From: an uncultured Solirubrobacterales bacterium
GTDB taxonomy: Bacteria > Actinomycetota > Thermoleophilia > Solirubrobacterales > JBBDJG01
Assembly: GCA_963780475.1 (NCBI GenBank)
Contig: CAWACB010000001.1
Coordinates: 5,897 to 69,896 of the forward strand
Reading direction: 5' to 3'
Length of the DNA stretch: 64,000 nt
Of this stretch, positions 41,361 through 51,827 are shown piece by piece; the first letter of the stretch is position 1; every line of letters starts with the position of its first letter. The notes below the pieces were generated by a model. The model did not search any database and was not told where the DNA came from. It saw nothing but the letters and a program-made list of their open reading frames with translations. A program made the position numbers and the translations under genes.

Positions 41361-41478
41361 CGGCTCCCCTGCTAAACACTCGTTTGACCGGCTGACGTCG
41401 TGTCGCTCGTCGAGCCCGGTGTCTGTATAGCGCGATCCGGTCTGCGCAGTCAAGGCGGGCATAATCGGATGTAGCCCG

Positions 41479-42309
41479 ATGGATCTGACCGCTCTCTATC
41501 TGGTCCTGCTGCCCGCGGCCCTCTATCTGCGCGCGGTGCGCGTGCTCGCCCGCCGGGGATTCCACGTACCCAATTGGCAGCGGGCGGTCTGGTTCGCGGG
41601 GCTCGCGATCCTCGCGGTCGCGCTGCTCTCTCCCCTCGACGACCTGGGCGAGACCGACCTGCTGTCGGCGCACATGGCGCAGCACCTGCTGCTGGCCGAC
41701 ATAGCCGCGCCGTTCCTCGTGATCGGCGCCCGGTGGCCGGTGTACGCATTCCTGCTGCCGACGCCGATCATGCGGCCGCTGTCGCGCTCGCGCACGGTGC
41801 GCAGCGTGCTTCGCACCGTCACGAAGCCATGGGTGGCCGCGCCGATCTGGGTCTTCACTCTCTACACCTGGCACGCGGCGCCGCTGTACGAGGGCGCGCT
41901 CGAGAACCCGTTTCTCCACGCCCTCCAGCACCAGGCCTTCGTGATCGCGTCGCTGCTGCTCTGGATCGCGGTGCTCGAGCCGACCAAGCGCCGCGTCCCC
42001 GGTGGGCTGTGGAAGATCGCCCACATCGGCGGAGTGCGGCTGGCGGGCATGTTCCTCGCGATGTTCTTCATCTGGTCGACCAAGCCGTTGTACGAGGGGT
42101 TCTACGGCGACCGCGCCCTCCAGCACGGCATCTCGCCGCTCACCGACCAGCAGATCGCGGGCGGGATGATGCTCGCCCTCGACTTCATCACGGTCTTCGC
42201 GGCGTTCTTCTTCTTCTTCTGGCGCAGCGCCACGGACGCGGAGCGCGAGGAGCTCGCCCAGGCGACGCCGCCGCGCCTTCCCACCGCCTCGGAGGCCAAG
42301 TTAGGATGA
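41479..42309 (+). CDS. Cytochrome c oxidase assembly protein (Caa3 CtaG family)
   Basis: SPLD, SAHMAQHLLL, WHAAPLY, HALQH and DQQIAGGMM. Confidence 0.88.
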   Translation: MDLTALYLVLLPAALYLRAVRVLARRGFHVPNWQRAVWFAGLAILAVALLSPLDDLGETDLLSAHMAQHLLLADIAAPFLVIGARWPVYAFLLPTPIMRPLSRSRTVRSVLRTVTKPWVAAPIWVFTLYTWHAAPLYEGALENPFLHALQHQAFVIASLLLWIAVLEPTKRRVPGGLWKIAHIGGVRLAGMFLAMFFIWSTKPLYEGFYGDRALQHGISPLTDQQIAGGMMLALDFITVFAAFFFFFWRSATDAEREELAQATPPRLPTASEAKLG

Positions 42310-45300
42310 GCCGCAGGCTGATGGCAGACACCCTCCAGATCACCATGCCCCAGATGGGCGAGTCGGTTTCCGAGGGCACGGTGCTCACCTGGCACAAGCA
42401 GGAGGGCGACTGGGTCGACAAGGACGAGACGATCGTCGAGGTGTCGACCGACAAGGTCGACGCCGAGGTGCCCGCCCCGGCGGCGGGCAAGATCTTGAAG
42501 ATCCTCGCCCAGGAGGACGAGACCGTTTCCGTCGGGCAGCCGCTCGCGGAGCTGGAGGTGGACGAGGCCGGCGCCGCCGCCGCGCGTGAGCAGAAGGCCG
42601 CCGCCGAGCCAGCGGCAGCCGCCGCGCCGGCCGGGGACGGAGCCGCGGCCCCGGTAGCCGCAGCGGCGTCTTCGGCGGCGGTGCCCGAGGGCGCCCGCGT
42701 CTCCCCGGTCGCCCGCCGGGCAGCCGCCGCGCACGGGATCGACCTCGCTGGCGTGAGCGGCACCGGCACGGGCGGCCGGATCGTCAAGGAGGACGTGCTC
42801 TCGCACGTGAACGGCCAGAGCGCCGACGGGCGCGACGGCGCAGCCGCGACGGTCGCGCCACCGACGGAGCCGCCGGCCGTGCAGCCGATGCGCGGCGTCG
42901 ACGCGACGCTCGCGCGCTACATGTCCGAGAGCCTTCGATCCCGACGGCGACCAGCTTCCGCACCATCTCCGTCGCGACGCTCGACGCGCGCCGGCGTCAG
43001 CTCAACCAGGCGATCAAGGACGCGGGCAAGGAGTTCAAGGTGTCCTTCACGCACCTGATCGGCTACGCGCTGGCGGTCGCCTGGAAGCAGCATCCCTCGA
43101 TGGGCCACTCGTTCCGCGAGGCCGACGGCAAGCCGGTCCGCGTGGCGCCCGCGCACATCAACCTCGGACTGGCGGTCGACGTGCAGCGCAAGGACGGCTC
43201 GCGCACGCTGATCGTGCCGGTGATCAAGGGCGCCGACGTGGCCGACTTCGCCGCTTTCCGCGAGGTCTACGAGGACCTGATCGCCAAGACGCGGGACGGA
43301 TCGCTCTCCCCGGACGACATGCAGGGCGCCAACATGACGCTCACCAACCCGGGTGGCATCGGCACCGTCGCCTCGGTGCCGCGGCTGATGCCGGGGCAGG
43401 GCTCGATCATCGCCACGGGCGCGATCTCGTATCCGCCCGGGCTGACCAGCGTCGACTCGGCGCGCCTGACCGAGCTGGGCGTGTCGAAGGTGATGACGAT
43501 GACGTCCACCTACGACCACCGCGTGATCCAGGGCGCGGAGTCGGGCGCCTTCCTGCGCACGGTCGAGGGACTGCTCCAGGGCGGCGACCGCTTCTTCGAG
43601 TCGGTCTTCGAGAGCCTCGGCCTCGGCACTCCGGGCGAGCCGCCTGTCGCGGTGGCCGCGCCGGCCGCCCCCGGCGCCGCGCCCTCTACGGAGATGCTGG
43701 CCCATGTCCAGGCGGCCACCTCGCTGATCAAGGCGCATCGCATGCACGGCCACCTCGCCGCCCATCTGGATCCGCTCGGCTCCGAGCCGATCGGAGACCC
43801 GGCGCTCGAGCCGAGCACGGTCGGGCTGACCGAGGAGATCATGCGCCAGATCCCGGCGCACATCCTGCGGATCGAGGTGCCCGGCGCCAACCTCGCCGAG
43901 GCGCTCCCCCACCTGCGCGCCACCTATTGCGGCACGATCGCCTACGAGATCGAGCACATCTCCGACCACCGCAAGCGCGTCTGGCTGCGGCAGCGGATCG
44001 AGTCGGGGCGCTACCGGACGGCGCTGTCACCCGAGGAGAAGAAGCGCATCCTCAACCGGCTGACCGTCGCGGAGGCGCTCGAGACATACATCCACCGCTC
44101 GTTCCTGGGCGCCAAGAGCTTCTCCATCGAGGGAGTCGACTCGCTGATCCCGATGCTCGACGAGACCTTCTCGGTGGCGGCCGACGTCGGCGCGCGCGAG
44201 GCGTTCCTAGGAATGGCGCACCGCGGTCGGCTGAACGTGCTCGCCCATGCCGTGCAGCGTCCCTACACCTCGATCCTGGCCGAGTTCGAGGGCGAGAAGG
44301 ACATCGACATCCTTACCGCACGCCCGCGCGGTGGCACCGGCGACGTCAAGTACCACCAGGGCGCGCATGGAGTCCACGAGACCGCGGAAGGGAAGAAGAT
44401 CGACGTCACGCTCGCGTCCAACCCGAGCCACCTCGAGTTCGTCGACCCGGTGGTACTGGGCCGCGCGCGCGCCCGGCAGACCGAGCGCAACGGTCCCGAG
44501 ATGACCTGGGGCGGGCGCGTCGCACTGCCGGTCCTGATCCACGGCGACGCCGCCTTCCCCGCCGAGGGAGTCGTATCGGAGACGCTCAACCTCGAGGGGA
44601 TCAACGGCTACATGACCGGTGGCGTGATCCACATCATCGCCAACAACCAGATCGGCTTCACGACCGAGCCCCAAGAGGCGCGCTCGACGCGCTACGCGTC
44701 CGACCTCGCCAAGGGATTCGACATGCCGATCATCCACGTGAACGCCGACGACCCCGAGGCGTGCATCTCGGCGGTCCGGCTGGCGATGGCCTACCGCGAG
44801 GAGTTCAGGCGCGGGGTTGTGATCGACCTGATCGGCTACCGCCGCTTCGGCCACAACGAGACCGACGAGCCCGCGTACACGCAGCCGCTGATGTACGACA
44901 AGATCAAGAACCACCCGCCGGTGCGCAAGATCTACGCGGACCACCTGATCTCGCAGGGGATCATCAGCACCGACGAGGCGGAGCGGATGCTGACCACCGC
45001 TCGCGAGCGGCTCTCCGGGGCGCACGAGGAGGTCAAGCACCGCGAGGGCGAGCCCTCGACCGCGGAGATGCAGCTCGACCGCTCCCAGAGCGAGGAGCCA
45101 GTGTCGGCCGTGCCACTCGAGCGGCTGCTCGAGCTGAACCGGCAGCTGTTCTCCGATCCCGAGGCCATCACGGTGCATCGCAAGCTGGCACCGCAGCGGG
45201 CCAAGCGGCTGGAGGTCGGGCCCGACGACCCGGTCGACTGGGGCCAGGCGGAGGCGCTCGCATTCGCGTCGCTGCTGACCGAGGACGGACGGGCGCTACG

Positions 45301-46273
45301 GCTGACGGGTCAGGACAGCGCACGCGGAACGTTCAGCCAGCGGCACCTCGTCCTTGTGTGCAGCAAGAGCGGCACGCGCTACGCCCCGATCCAGCACCTC
45401 GATGGGGCGAAGGCGCCGATCGAGATCATCAACAGCCCGCTCTCGGAGTCGGGCGCGATGGGCTTCGAGTACGGGTTCTCGATCCAGAACCCGGACGACC
45501 TGGTGATGTGGGAGGGCCAGTTCGGGGACTTCGTCAACGCCGCGCAGGTGATCGTGGACCAGTTCATCGTGTCCGGGCTGGCCAAGTGGGGCGACACGTC
45601 CCGGCTGACGCTGCTGCTGCCGCACGGCTACGAGGGCGCCGGCCCCGAGCACTCGAGCGGCCGCGAGGAGCGCTTCCTGACGCTGGCGGCCGAGGGCAAC
45701 ATCCGGGTCGCGAACGTGTCGACGCCGGGCCAGTACTTCCACCTGCTGCGCCGCCAGGCGCTGATCGCCAAGCGCCGGCCGCTGGTGGTCTTCACGCCCA
45801 AGAGCCTGCTCCGCAACCCGCGCTCCTTCTCGCCGCTGCGCGACCTCTCGACGGGAACGCTGCAGCGCGTGATCGACGACCCGAACCGCGTCGATGGCCG
45901 CGAGAAGGTGAAGCGGCTGATCCTATGTACCGGGCGGGTCTATTACGACATCACCGGCCACGAGCTGCACGAGGGGAACGACAAGGTCGCGGTCGTGCGG
46001 GTCGAGCTGCTCTACCCGTTCCCGCTCGAGCAGCTGGTCGAGCTGTTCGCCAGCTATCCGAACCTGGAGGAGATCGTCTGGGTCCAGGAGGAGCCCAAGA
46101 ACATGGGCGCCCGCCGGTTCGTAGTCACCCGCTCCCGCGAGCGCGACATGTTGCCCGAGGGCGTCCGCCTGGGCTACATCGGCCGCCCGTACCGAGCCAG
46201 CCCCGGCGAGGGCTACCCCTCAGCGCACCACGTCGAACAGGACCGGATCGTGCGCGAGGCGCTGACCGTCTAA
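42306..46273 (+). CDS. sucA: Multifunctional 2-oxoglutarate dehydrogenase: lipoyl domain, E3-binding domain, E2 succinyltransferase and E1 (frameshift near 42935)
   Basis: MPQMGESVSEG...STDKVDAE lipoyl motif, SPVARR...GTGTGGRI.KEDV binding domain, TYDHRVIQGAESG E2 site, then GMAHRGRLN, HGDAAF, WEGQFGDF and LLPHGYEGAGPEHSS. Confidence 0.93.
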
Positions 46274-46278
46274 GAGCG

Positions 46279-46815
46279 TTACCGCCACTTGATGCTGCAA
46301 CCCACCGGGTCGGTCTCGGCCGGGTCGGGATCGCGGCCGGATAGGACGGCGTCGACCGCTTCGCGGAGCCAGGACGCGTTCTGGGACTCGTCGCGGTAGT
46401 CCGCGTCCGGGGCGCCGCGGTAGCGCAGCACGCCATCCGCGTCGAGGATGAACACGTCCGGTGTCGTGCGGGCGCCGTAGGAAGCGGCGACCTCCTGGGA
46501 CTCGTCGCGCAGGTAGGGCATTGGCCAGCCGCCGTCCTCGCGGACCCGCTCCTGCATCGCCTCGTAGGAGTCGGCGGGATAGCGATTCCCGTCGTTGGGG
46601 TTGATCGCGAAGAACCGGGCGCGGCCGTCGTAGTCGCGCGCGGCCGTGGCGATGCGGTCGTGCCAGGCCAGCGCATAAGGACAGTGATTGCAGGTGAAAA
46701 CCAACACCGCCGGCTCGCCGGAGGGGAGGCTGTGGTGCTCGGCGTCGGTGTCGGGCAGGTCGAAGTCCGGCGCCTGGGCGCCGATCGCCACGGTGGTCGG
46801 TGCTTCGGGGCTCAT
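46279..46815 (-). CDS. Thioredoxin/AhpC-TSA family protein
   Basis: APDFDL, FTCNHCPY, YLRDESQEVA, TPD and GCSIKW. Confidence 0.92.
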   Translation of the reverse strand: MSPEAPTTVAIGAQAPDFDLPDTDAEHHSLPSGEPAVLVFTCNHCPYALAWHDRIATAARDYDGRARFFAINPNDGNRYPADSYEAMQERVREDGGWPMPYLRDESQEVAASYGARTTPDVFILDADGVLRYRGAPDADYRDESQNASWLREAVDAVLSGRDPDPAETDPVGCSIKWR

Positions 46816-47126
46816 GAGCTTCCTTTCCGCGCGAGCGCCTCGCGCAGGTCGGCGGGGTCTGGCAGCGGGGAGACGCGGCCGTCCCGCAGACGGTAGATGC
46901 GGCAGGTCAGTCCCGTGGGTTCATCCCCGGGGGGCGCGATGTCCTCACCGTCGATGCGGATCGTCGGGGAGCCGACGAAGCCGAGCCGCCCGGCCTCCCC
47001 GTCGGTGTCGACGTGGCGCACCTCGATCGAGTCGGGCGACAGCCCCGCCTCGGACATCGCATCGCGCAGCTGCGCGAGCGCCTCGGGCCACGACGGGCAG
47101 CCTTCCCACCACAGCAGCTCGATGCG
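46812..47126 (-). CDS. Small thioredoxin-like protein (DUF2703-like); start unresolved
   Basis: RIELLWWEGCPSW lies in frame upstream of the ATG at 47057, followed by FVGSPTIRIDGEDI and CRIY. Confidence 0.75.
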   Translation of the reverse strand, partial: RIELLWWEGCPSWPEALAQLRDAMSEAGLSPDSIEVRHVDTDGEAGRLGFVGSPTIRIDGEDIAPPGDEPTGLTCRIYRLRDGRVSPLPDPADLREALARKGSS

Positions 47127-47147
47127 CGGCCCGGAGTCCGCCGTCGC

Positions 47148-47861
47148 TCAGCCCCCGAGGATGTTGCCGAGCCCGCCGCCAGACGACCGCGCGGCCGAGT
47201 AGGCGGTGCCCTCGGAGGGCTGCACCAGCAGCCAGCCCTGTCCCTCGAAGGCCATCTGGAGGCTCTCGCCGGAGGTGCGGCCGATGAACGTCTTGAGGCC
47301 GATGTCGGTCTTGATCGAGGTCTTGATGCCGTCCGACCAGGTGATCGCCGCCTGCGGATCGGCGTAGGTCGGCGTCGTCCCGTCCAGCTCGAACAGCATC
47401 GGCGGGCCGTGCGAGACCAGGGCCACCGTCCCCGTCCCATTCAGCTCGAGATTGAAGAGACCGCCCGCCATCACGCCGGAGCCGCCCTCGACCTTGCGGA
47501 TGTTCCAGTCGATGCCGTCCTCGAACGCGAGCAGGTTCTCGCTCGCGACCGTGATGCGCTCGTCGGCGAGCCGGATCAGGTGGACCTCCTGCGCGTTGTC
47601 GGCCAGGAACGCCTCGCCGGTCCCGCTCAGCTTCATCAGCTTCACGCCCTCGCCGGTGGCCATCCGCTTCATCATCCGCGAGATACCGCCGGAGCCGGCG
47701 TGCTCGAACTTGACCTCGCCCTGGTAGGCGACCATCGACCCGGCCCGGGCCTGGACCGTGGTCTGTGAGAGCTCCACCTTCAGCAGGCGCTCGTTCTGGA
47801 GCGAGAAGCTCTCGCCGGTCTCGGTCTCCTTGAAGGTCTGTAGGGCTTGGGGGATCGCCAC
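47148..47861 (-). CDS. AIM24 family protein
   Basis: GSMVAYQGEVKF, TGEGVKLM, GEAFLAD, GGLFN and GEgwLLVQPSE-type motifs. Confidence 0.9.
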   Translation of the reverse strand: MAIPQALQTFKETETGESFSLQNERLLKVELSQTTVQARAGSMVAYQGEVKFEHAGSGGISRMMKRMATGEGVKLMKLSGTGEAFLADNAQEVHLIRLADERITVASENLLAFEDGIDWNIRKVEGGSGVMAGGLFNLELNGTGTVALVSHGPPMLFELDGTTPTYADPQAAITWSDGIKTSIKTDIGLKTFIGRTSGESLQMAFEGQGWLLVQPSEGTAYSAARSSGGGLGNILGG

Positions 47862-47870
47862 GCTTTTAGC

Positions 47871-48314
47871 CTAGCGCTCCAACTCGGCGAGGGCCCTCCG
47901 CAGCGCGTCGCCGGCCTCGTCCTCGGCGGCCGCGTCCGGGTATTTCGAGCGGGGCCAGAAGAAGCCGCGCAGCCCGTCCTTGCGGCGGCGGGGGACGACG
48001 TGCACGTGCAGGTGTGGAACGCTCTGGCTGACGACGTTGTTGAGCGCCACGAAGGAGCCCTCCGCTCCGAAGGCAGGGAGCATCGCGCGGGCCAGCAGCC
48101 GCGCGTTCGAGAACAACGGAACGAGCAGCTCGTCCGGCAAATCAGGCAGCGTCTCGACGTGGGTGCGCGTGACCAGCAGGCTGTGACCGGGGAACAGCGG
48201 GCGATTGTCGAGGAACGCCATCGTGTGCTCGTCCTCGAGCACGATCTGCGCCGGGGTCTCCCCGTGCACGATCGCGCAGAAGACGCAGCCCGGCTCGCGC
48301 CGCAGCTCGCTCAG
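47871..48314 (-). CDS. HIT family hydrolase
   Basis: CVFCAIV, FLDNRPLFPGH and PHLHVHVVPR histidine triad; probable CTG start overlapping the upstream stop. Confidence 0.9.
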   Translation of the reverse strand: MSELRREPGCVFCAIVHGETPAQIVLEDEHTMAFLDNRPLFPGHSLLVTRTHVETLPDLPDELLVPLFSNARLLARAMLPAFGAEGSFVALNNVVSQSVPHLHVHVVPRRRKDGLRGFFWPRSKYPDAAAEDEAGDALRRALAELER

Positions 48315-48934
48315 GGCGAGGATGCCTGGCCGCGGATCAGCGGCCGCACGATCGGCGGAGCCTTCGGCAGGGCGCCGGGGATCAGCTCGCGGATCTCGAA
48401 GCCCGCACGCCCGATCGCGTCCCCCGTCGCCCGGTTGCAGTTGCACCCGTGCCCGAACGCGCGCCACGGGCGGTGCACGCGATCCTGCCAGCGGGCGACC
48501 TTGGGGTCGTCGGAGCGCACATGCTCGATGAACAGGAGCTGTCCCCCGGGCCGCAGGACGCGCCGCAGCTCGCCCAGCGCGCGGTCCTGGTCTCCGACCG
48601 TGCACAGGGCCAGCGTCGCAACGGCGGTGTCGAACGAGTCGTCGGCGAAGGGCAGCGCCTCGGCGGGCGCCTGCACGACCTCTGCCTCTATCCCGCTGAG
48701 CGCCGCGTGGCGCCGCAGCCGGCGGGCCATCGGCTCTTCCGGCTCGCTCAGGACGAGCCGCTTGGCTCCATTCCCGTAGTGCTTCAGGTTGACCCCCGTC
48801 CCGGCGCCGATCTCGAGCACGTCTCCGCGCGCGCTGGACAGCACCTCCCGGCGCATGTCCGCGAGGCCGGCCTCCTCCGTTCCGGCCATCAGCCGGTCGT
48901 ACGCCGCCGCAAAAAAACGCCCGTACAGGCTCAT
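48311..48934 (-). CDS. Class I SAM-dependent methyltransferase
   Basis: VLEIGAGTG, AEALPFADDSFD, RVLRPGG and EHVRS. Confidence 0.9.
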   Translation of the reverse strand: MSLYGRFFAAAYDRLMAGTEEAGLADMRREVLSSARGDVLEIGAGTGVNLKHYGNGAKRLVLSEPEEPMARRLRRHAALSGIEAEVVQAPAEALPFADDSFDTAVATLALCTVGDQDRALGELRRVLRPGGQLLFIEHVRSDDPKVARWQDRVHRPWRAFGHGCNCNRATGDAIGRAGFEIRELIPGALPKAPPIVRPLIRGQASSP

Positions 48935-48993
48935 GGGCTGCAGCCTAGAGGAGACGGCGCGTCCGCCCGCCGCCCGCTCTATGGTGCGGCGCC

Positions 48994-49914
48994 ATGCGAA
49001 TTTCGATGTGCACGGCGCTGGCGTTGCTGGTCCTATTCGCCGCCGGCGGCGCGCGGATCTCGGCCGCGGCGGAGGAAGCGCCCTGCGCGAACCGCGTCCT
49101 CGGGACGATCGAGTCCGAGACGCTCGGCGGCACCCCCGGCGGCGACCGGATCTCGGGCTTCGGGGGGGACGATGCCGTGCGCGGCTTTGAAGGCGACGAC
49201 TGCCTGTTCGGCGGATCCGGCAACGACGCGCTCTGGGGCGGCGGCGGAGCCGACCGTGTCAGCGGCGGCCCGGGAGACGACCGAATCGTGGGCGAGGCGG
49301 GGGTCGACGAGCTGAGCGGCGGCGCCGGCGCGGACCAGCTCGAGGAGGTGCAGTACGGGTACCCGGAGGGCTGGCGTCCCGGATCGGGGCGCAACGTCCT
49401 GCAGGGCGGCGCCGGCGCCGACGTGATCGACGCCGCCAACGGCCGTCCCGACCGCATCTCGTGCGGCGGCGGGCGCGACACGGTCAGCGCGGACCGCTCC
49501 GACAAGCTGAGCGGCTGCGAGAAACGGCGGCGCCTGGTCTCTCCCCTGCCCTCGGCCAGTCCCCACTCCGGCGGGCGGACGCGCGCGTTCATGATCTCCT
49601 TCCGCTCGCTCGACAGCCTGCTCGCACCGCAGGAATTCGTATCGATCGTCGTCAATGGGCCGCCCAGCTGCGGCCGCTCCGTCGGCAACTCCGTCGGGAC
49701 GTCCTATGCGCGCAACAAGGTGGTGCGCTACCGGCTGAACCCATTCCGCGGATTCGGGCGCCGGGCGCACAACTGGTGCCGAGGTCGCTACTCCGGATCG
49801 GTGAGCGTCATGCGGAAGGTTCGCGACTCGTGCACGATCCGGCCCAGCCGTCTGCCGGCCCAGTCGTGCGTGGCCGAGACGAAGCTCGGCAGCTTCAGCT
49901 TCCGCGTGCGCTGA
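48994..49914 (+). CDS. Secreted protein with RTX Ca-binding repeats and a basic C-terminal domain
   Basis: Signal peptide, GGxGxD repeats and ISCGGGRD cap. Confidence 0.8.
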   Translation: MRISMCTALALLVLFAAGGARISAAAEEAPCANRVLGTIESETLGGTPGGDRISGFGGDDAVRGFEGDDCLFGGSGNDALWGGGGADRVSGGPGDDRIVGEAGVDELSGGAGADQLEEVQYGYPEGWRPGSGRNVLQGGAGADVIDAANGRPDRISCGGGRDTVSADRSDKLSGCEKRRRLVSPLPSASPHSGGRTRAFMISFRSLDSLLAPQEFVSIVVNGPPSCGRSVGNSVGTSYARNKVVRYRLNPFRGFGRRAHNWCRGRYSGSVSVMRKVRDSCTIRPSRLPAQSCVAETKLGSFSFRVR

Positions 49915-50810
49915 CCGGCGATCCGAGCAGGTGCCGCAGCGCGGGCTCCAGGTCCGGATAGCGGAACGCGAACCCCGACTCCTGCAGCCGCCGCGGCAGC
50001 ACCTTCACCCCGGCGAGCACCTCTTGTGAGAACTCGCCCAGCGCCAGCCGCACCGCGAAAGCCGGCGCCGGGACGACGGCCGGCCGGTGCAGCACACGAG
50101 CCAGCGTCTTCGTGAATTCCTCGTTCGTGACCGGGTGCGGGGCGGTCACGTTCACGGGGCCGGACAGCTCGCGCGACTCGAGCCCGAACAGGATCGCCGC
50201 CACGACATCGTCGATCGCCACCCAGCTGAACGGCTGGCGCCCGCTGCCCAGCCGCCCGCCGAGGCCGAAGCGGAAGGCCGGGAGCATCGCCTTCAGCGCC
50301 CCGCCATCCCGGCTGAGGACGATGCCGAAGCGCGTGTTCACGACCCGGATCCCCGCCTCGCGGGCGGGCGCGCAGGCCGCCTCCCACTGCTTCACCACGT
50401 CCGCCAGGAAGTCGTCGGCGCCGGGGTGGGACTCGTCGACCGGCTGCTCGCCGCGCTTGCCGTAGAAGCCGATCGCCGAGGCGCAGACCATCACCTGCGG
50501 TGGCCGCTCGAGGCCCGCGAGCGCCTCCGACAGCAGCCGCGTCCCCTTCACCCGGCTGTCGAGGATCCGCCGCTTCTTCGCGTCGGTCCAGCGGCCCGCG
50601 ACCGACTCGCCCGCGAGGTGGACGACCGCATCCGCTCGCCTGGAGGGCCTGCGTGTCGAGCTCGCCGGCCTCGGGGTCCCAGCGGTGACGCCCCTGCGCC
50701 GGGTCGGCGCCCGACCGCACGAGCCGGACGACCTCGTGCCCGCCCTCCTCCAGGGCCCCGGCCAGCGCGGAGCCGATCAGCCCGCTCGACCCTGTCAGCA
50801 CAACTCTCAT
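49895..50810 (-). CDS. TIGR01777 family NAD-dependent epimerase-like protein (frameshift near 50635)
   Basis: MRVVLTGSSGLIG, then SAIGFYG, RFGIVLS, LGSGRQ..SWV and GPVNVTAP. Confidence 0.9.
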
Positions 50811-50856
50811 CGCCTGCTGCATCTTCGCCGCCTCATCTTCCGTTAGCTTGCCGCAC

Positions 50857-51789
50857 ATGCCGGTCCAGTGGCCCGACGAGATCGATGACGTGATCGGTGG
50901 AGACCTGACCGCCGCGCTCTCATTCGTTACGCCCGCGGGCGGCGCGGTGATCACCGGGGTCTCTCCCGTGGGACTGCGCGACCGCGAGGCCGGGACCGTC
51001 ACCTTCACGACCTCGCTGGGCTTCGGCAAGAAGCTCGACCGCATCCAGCGCGACCCGCGCGTCTCCCTGGCCTACCACGCGCGGGAGCACGGGTTCTCGA
51101 AGCGGCCGGAGTTCGTGCTCGTGCAGGGGCGGGCCGAGGTGGTGACGGAGCCCGACCAGGCATACAACGAAGACGTTTTGGGGCCCGCGGCCGAGCGCTT
51201 CATGGGCAAGGCGAAGCGGGGCCGATTCTGGGACCGGTGGCTGAAGGAGTACTACCAGACCCGCGTGCCCGTGAACGTGCATGTGGAGCGCATCGCTGCG
51301 TGGCCGGACCTGGACTGCAAGGGAGGGCCGCAGATCATCGGCGCGGCCGCGCCGGGTGCTCCGCCGGTCCAGGCTGATCCAGCGAAGGGGACCGGGCCGC
51401 GGATCCCCTCGGAGAAGGCGGCGCAGAAGCTCTCGGCGCTCCCCCACCAGCTGCTCGCGTGGGTCGGAGGCGACGGCTTCCCCGACGTCGCGCCGGTACG
51501 GATCGAAGGGGCGGGCCCGGAGGGCATCGCTCTCGCGACCGACCGGCGGCTGCCGCCGGGCGGGCGGCGCGCCGGCCTACTGGGCCACAGCTACCGCGCA
51601 CAGCTGATCGGCCTGGTGTCGCTCACCCACACCGGCTGGCTGACCGTCGACGAAGGCGGCCGGGCGCTCTACGCGCCCCACACGACGGCCGGCTTCCGCG
51701 CGCCGCCGAACAAGACGGTCATGCTGCTGGCCAACGGCTTCATGGCCAAGCGCGGCCTGCGCAAGGCGCGCGCGGCGACGGCGAGCTAG
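50857..51789 (+). CDS. Pyridoxamine 5'-phosphate oxidase-like (split barrel) protein
   Basis: VTPAGG, FTTSLGFGKKLDRIQRDPRVSL and VLVQGRAEV. Confidence 0.75.
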   Translation: MPVQWPDEIDDVIGGDLTAALSFVTPAGGAVITGVSPVGLRDREAGTVTFTTSLGFGKKLDRIQRDPRVSLAYHAREHGFSKRPEFVLVQGRAEVVTEPDQAYNEDVLGPAAERFMGKAKRGRFWDRWLKEYYQTRVPVNVHVERIAAWPDLDCKGGPQIIGAAAPGAPPVQADPAKGTGPRIPSEKAAQKLSALPHQLLAWVGGDGFPDVAPVRIEGAGPEGIALATDRRLPPGGRRAGLLGHSYRAQLIGLVSLTHTGWLTVDEGGRALYAPHTTAGFRAPPNKTVMLLANGFMAKRGLRKARAATAS

Positions 51790-51827
51790 ACCAGCGAACT
51801 AGAGGCGAGCCCGAAGGCGGCTGCCGG

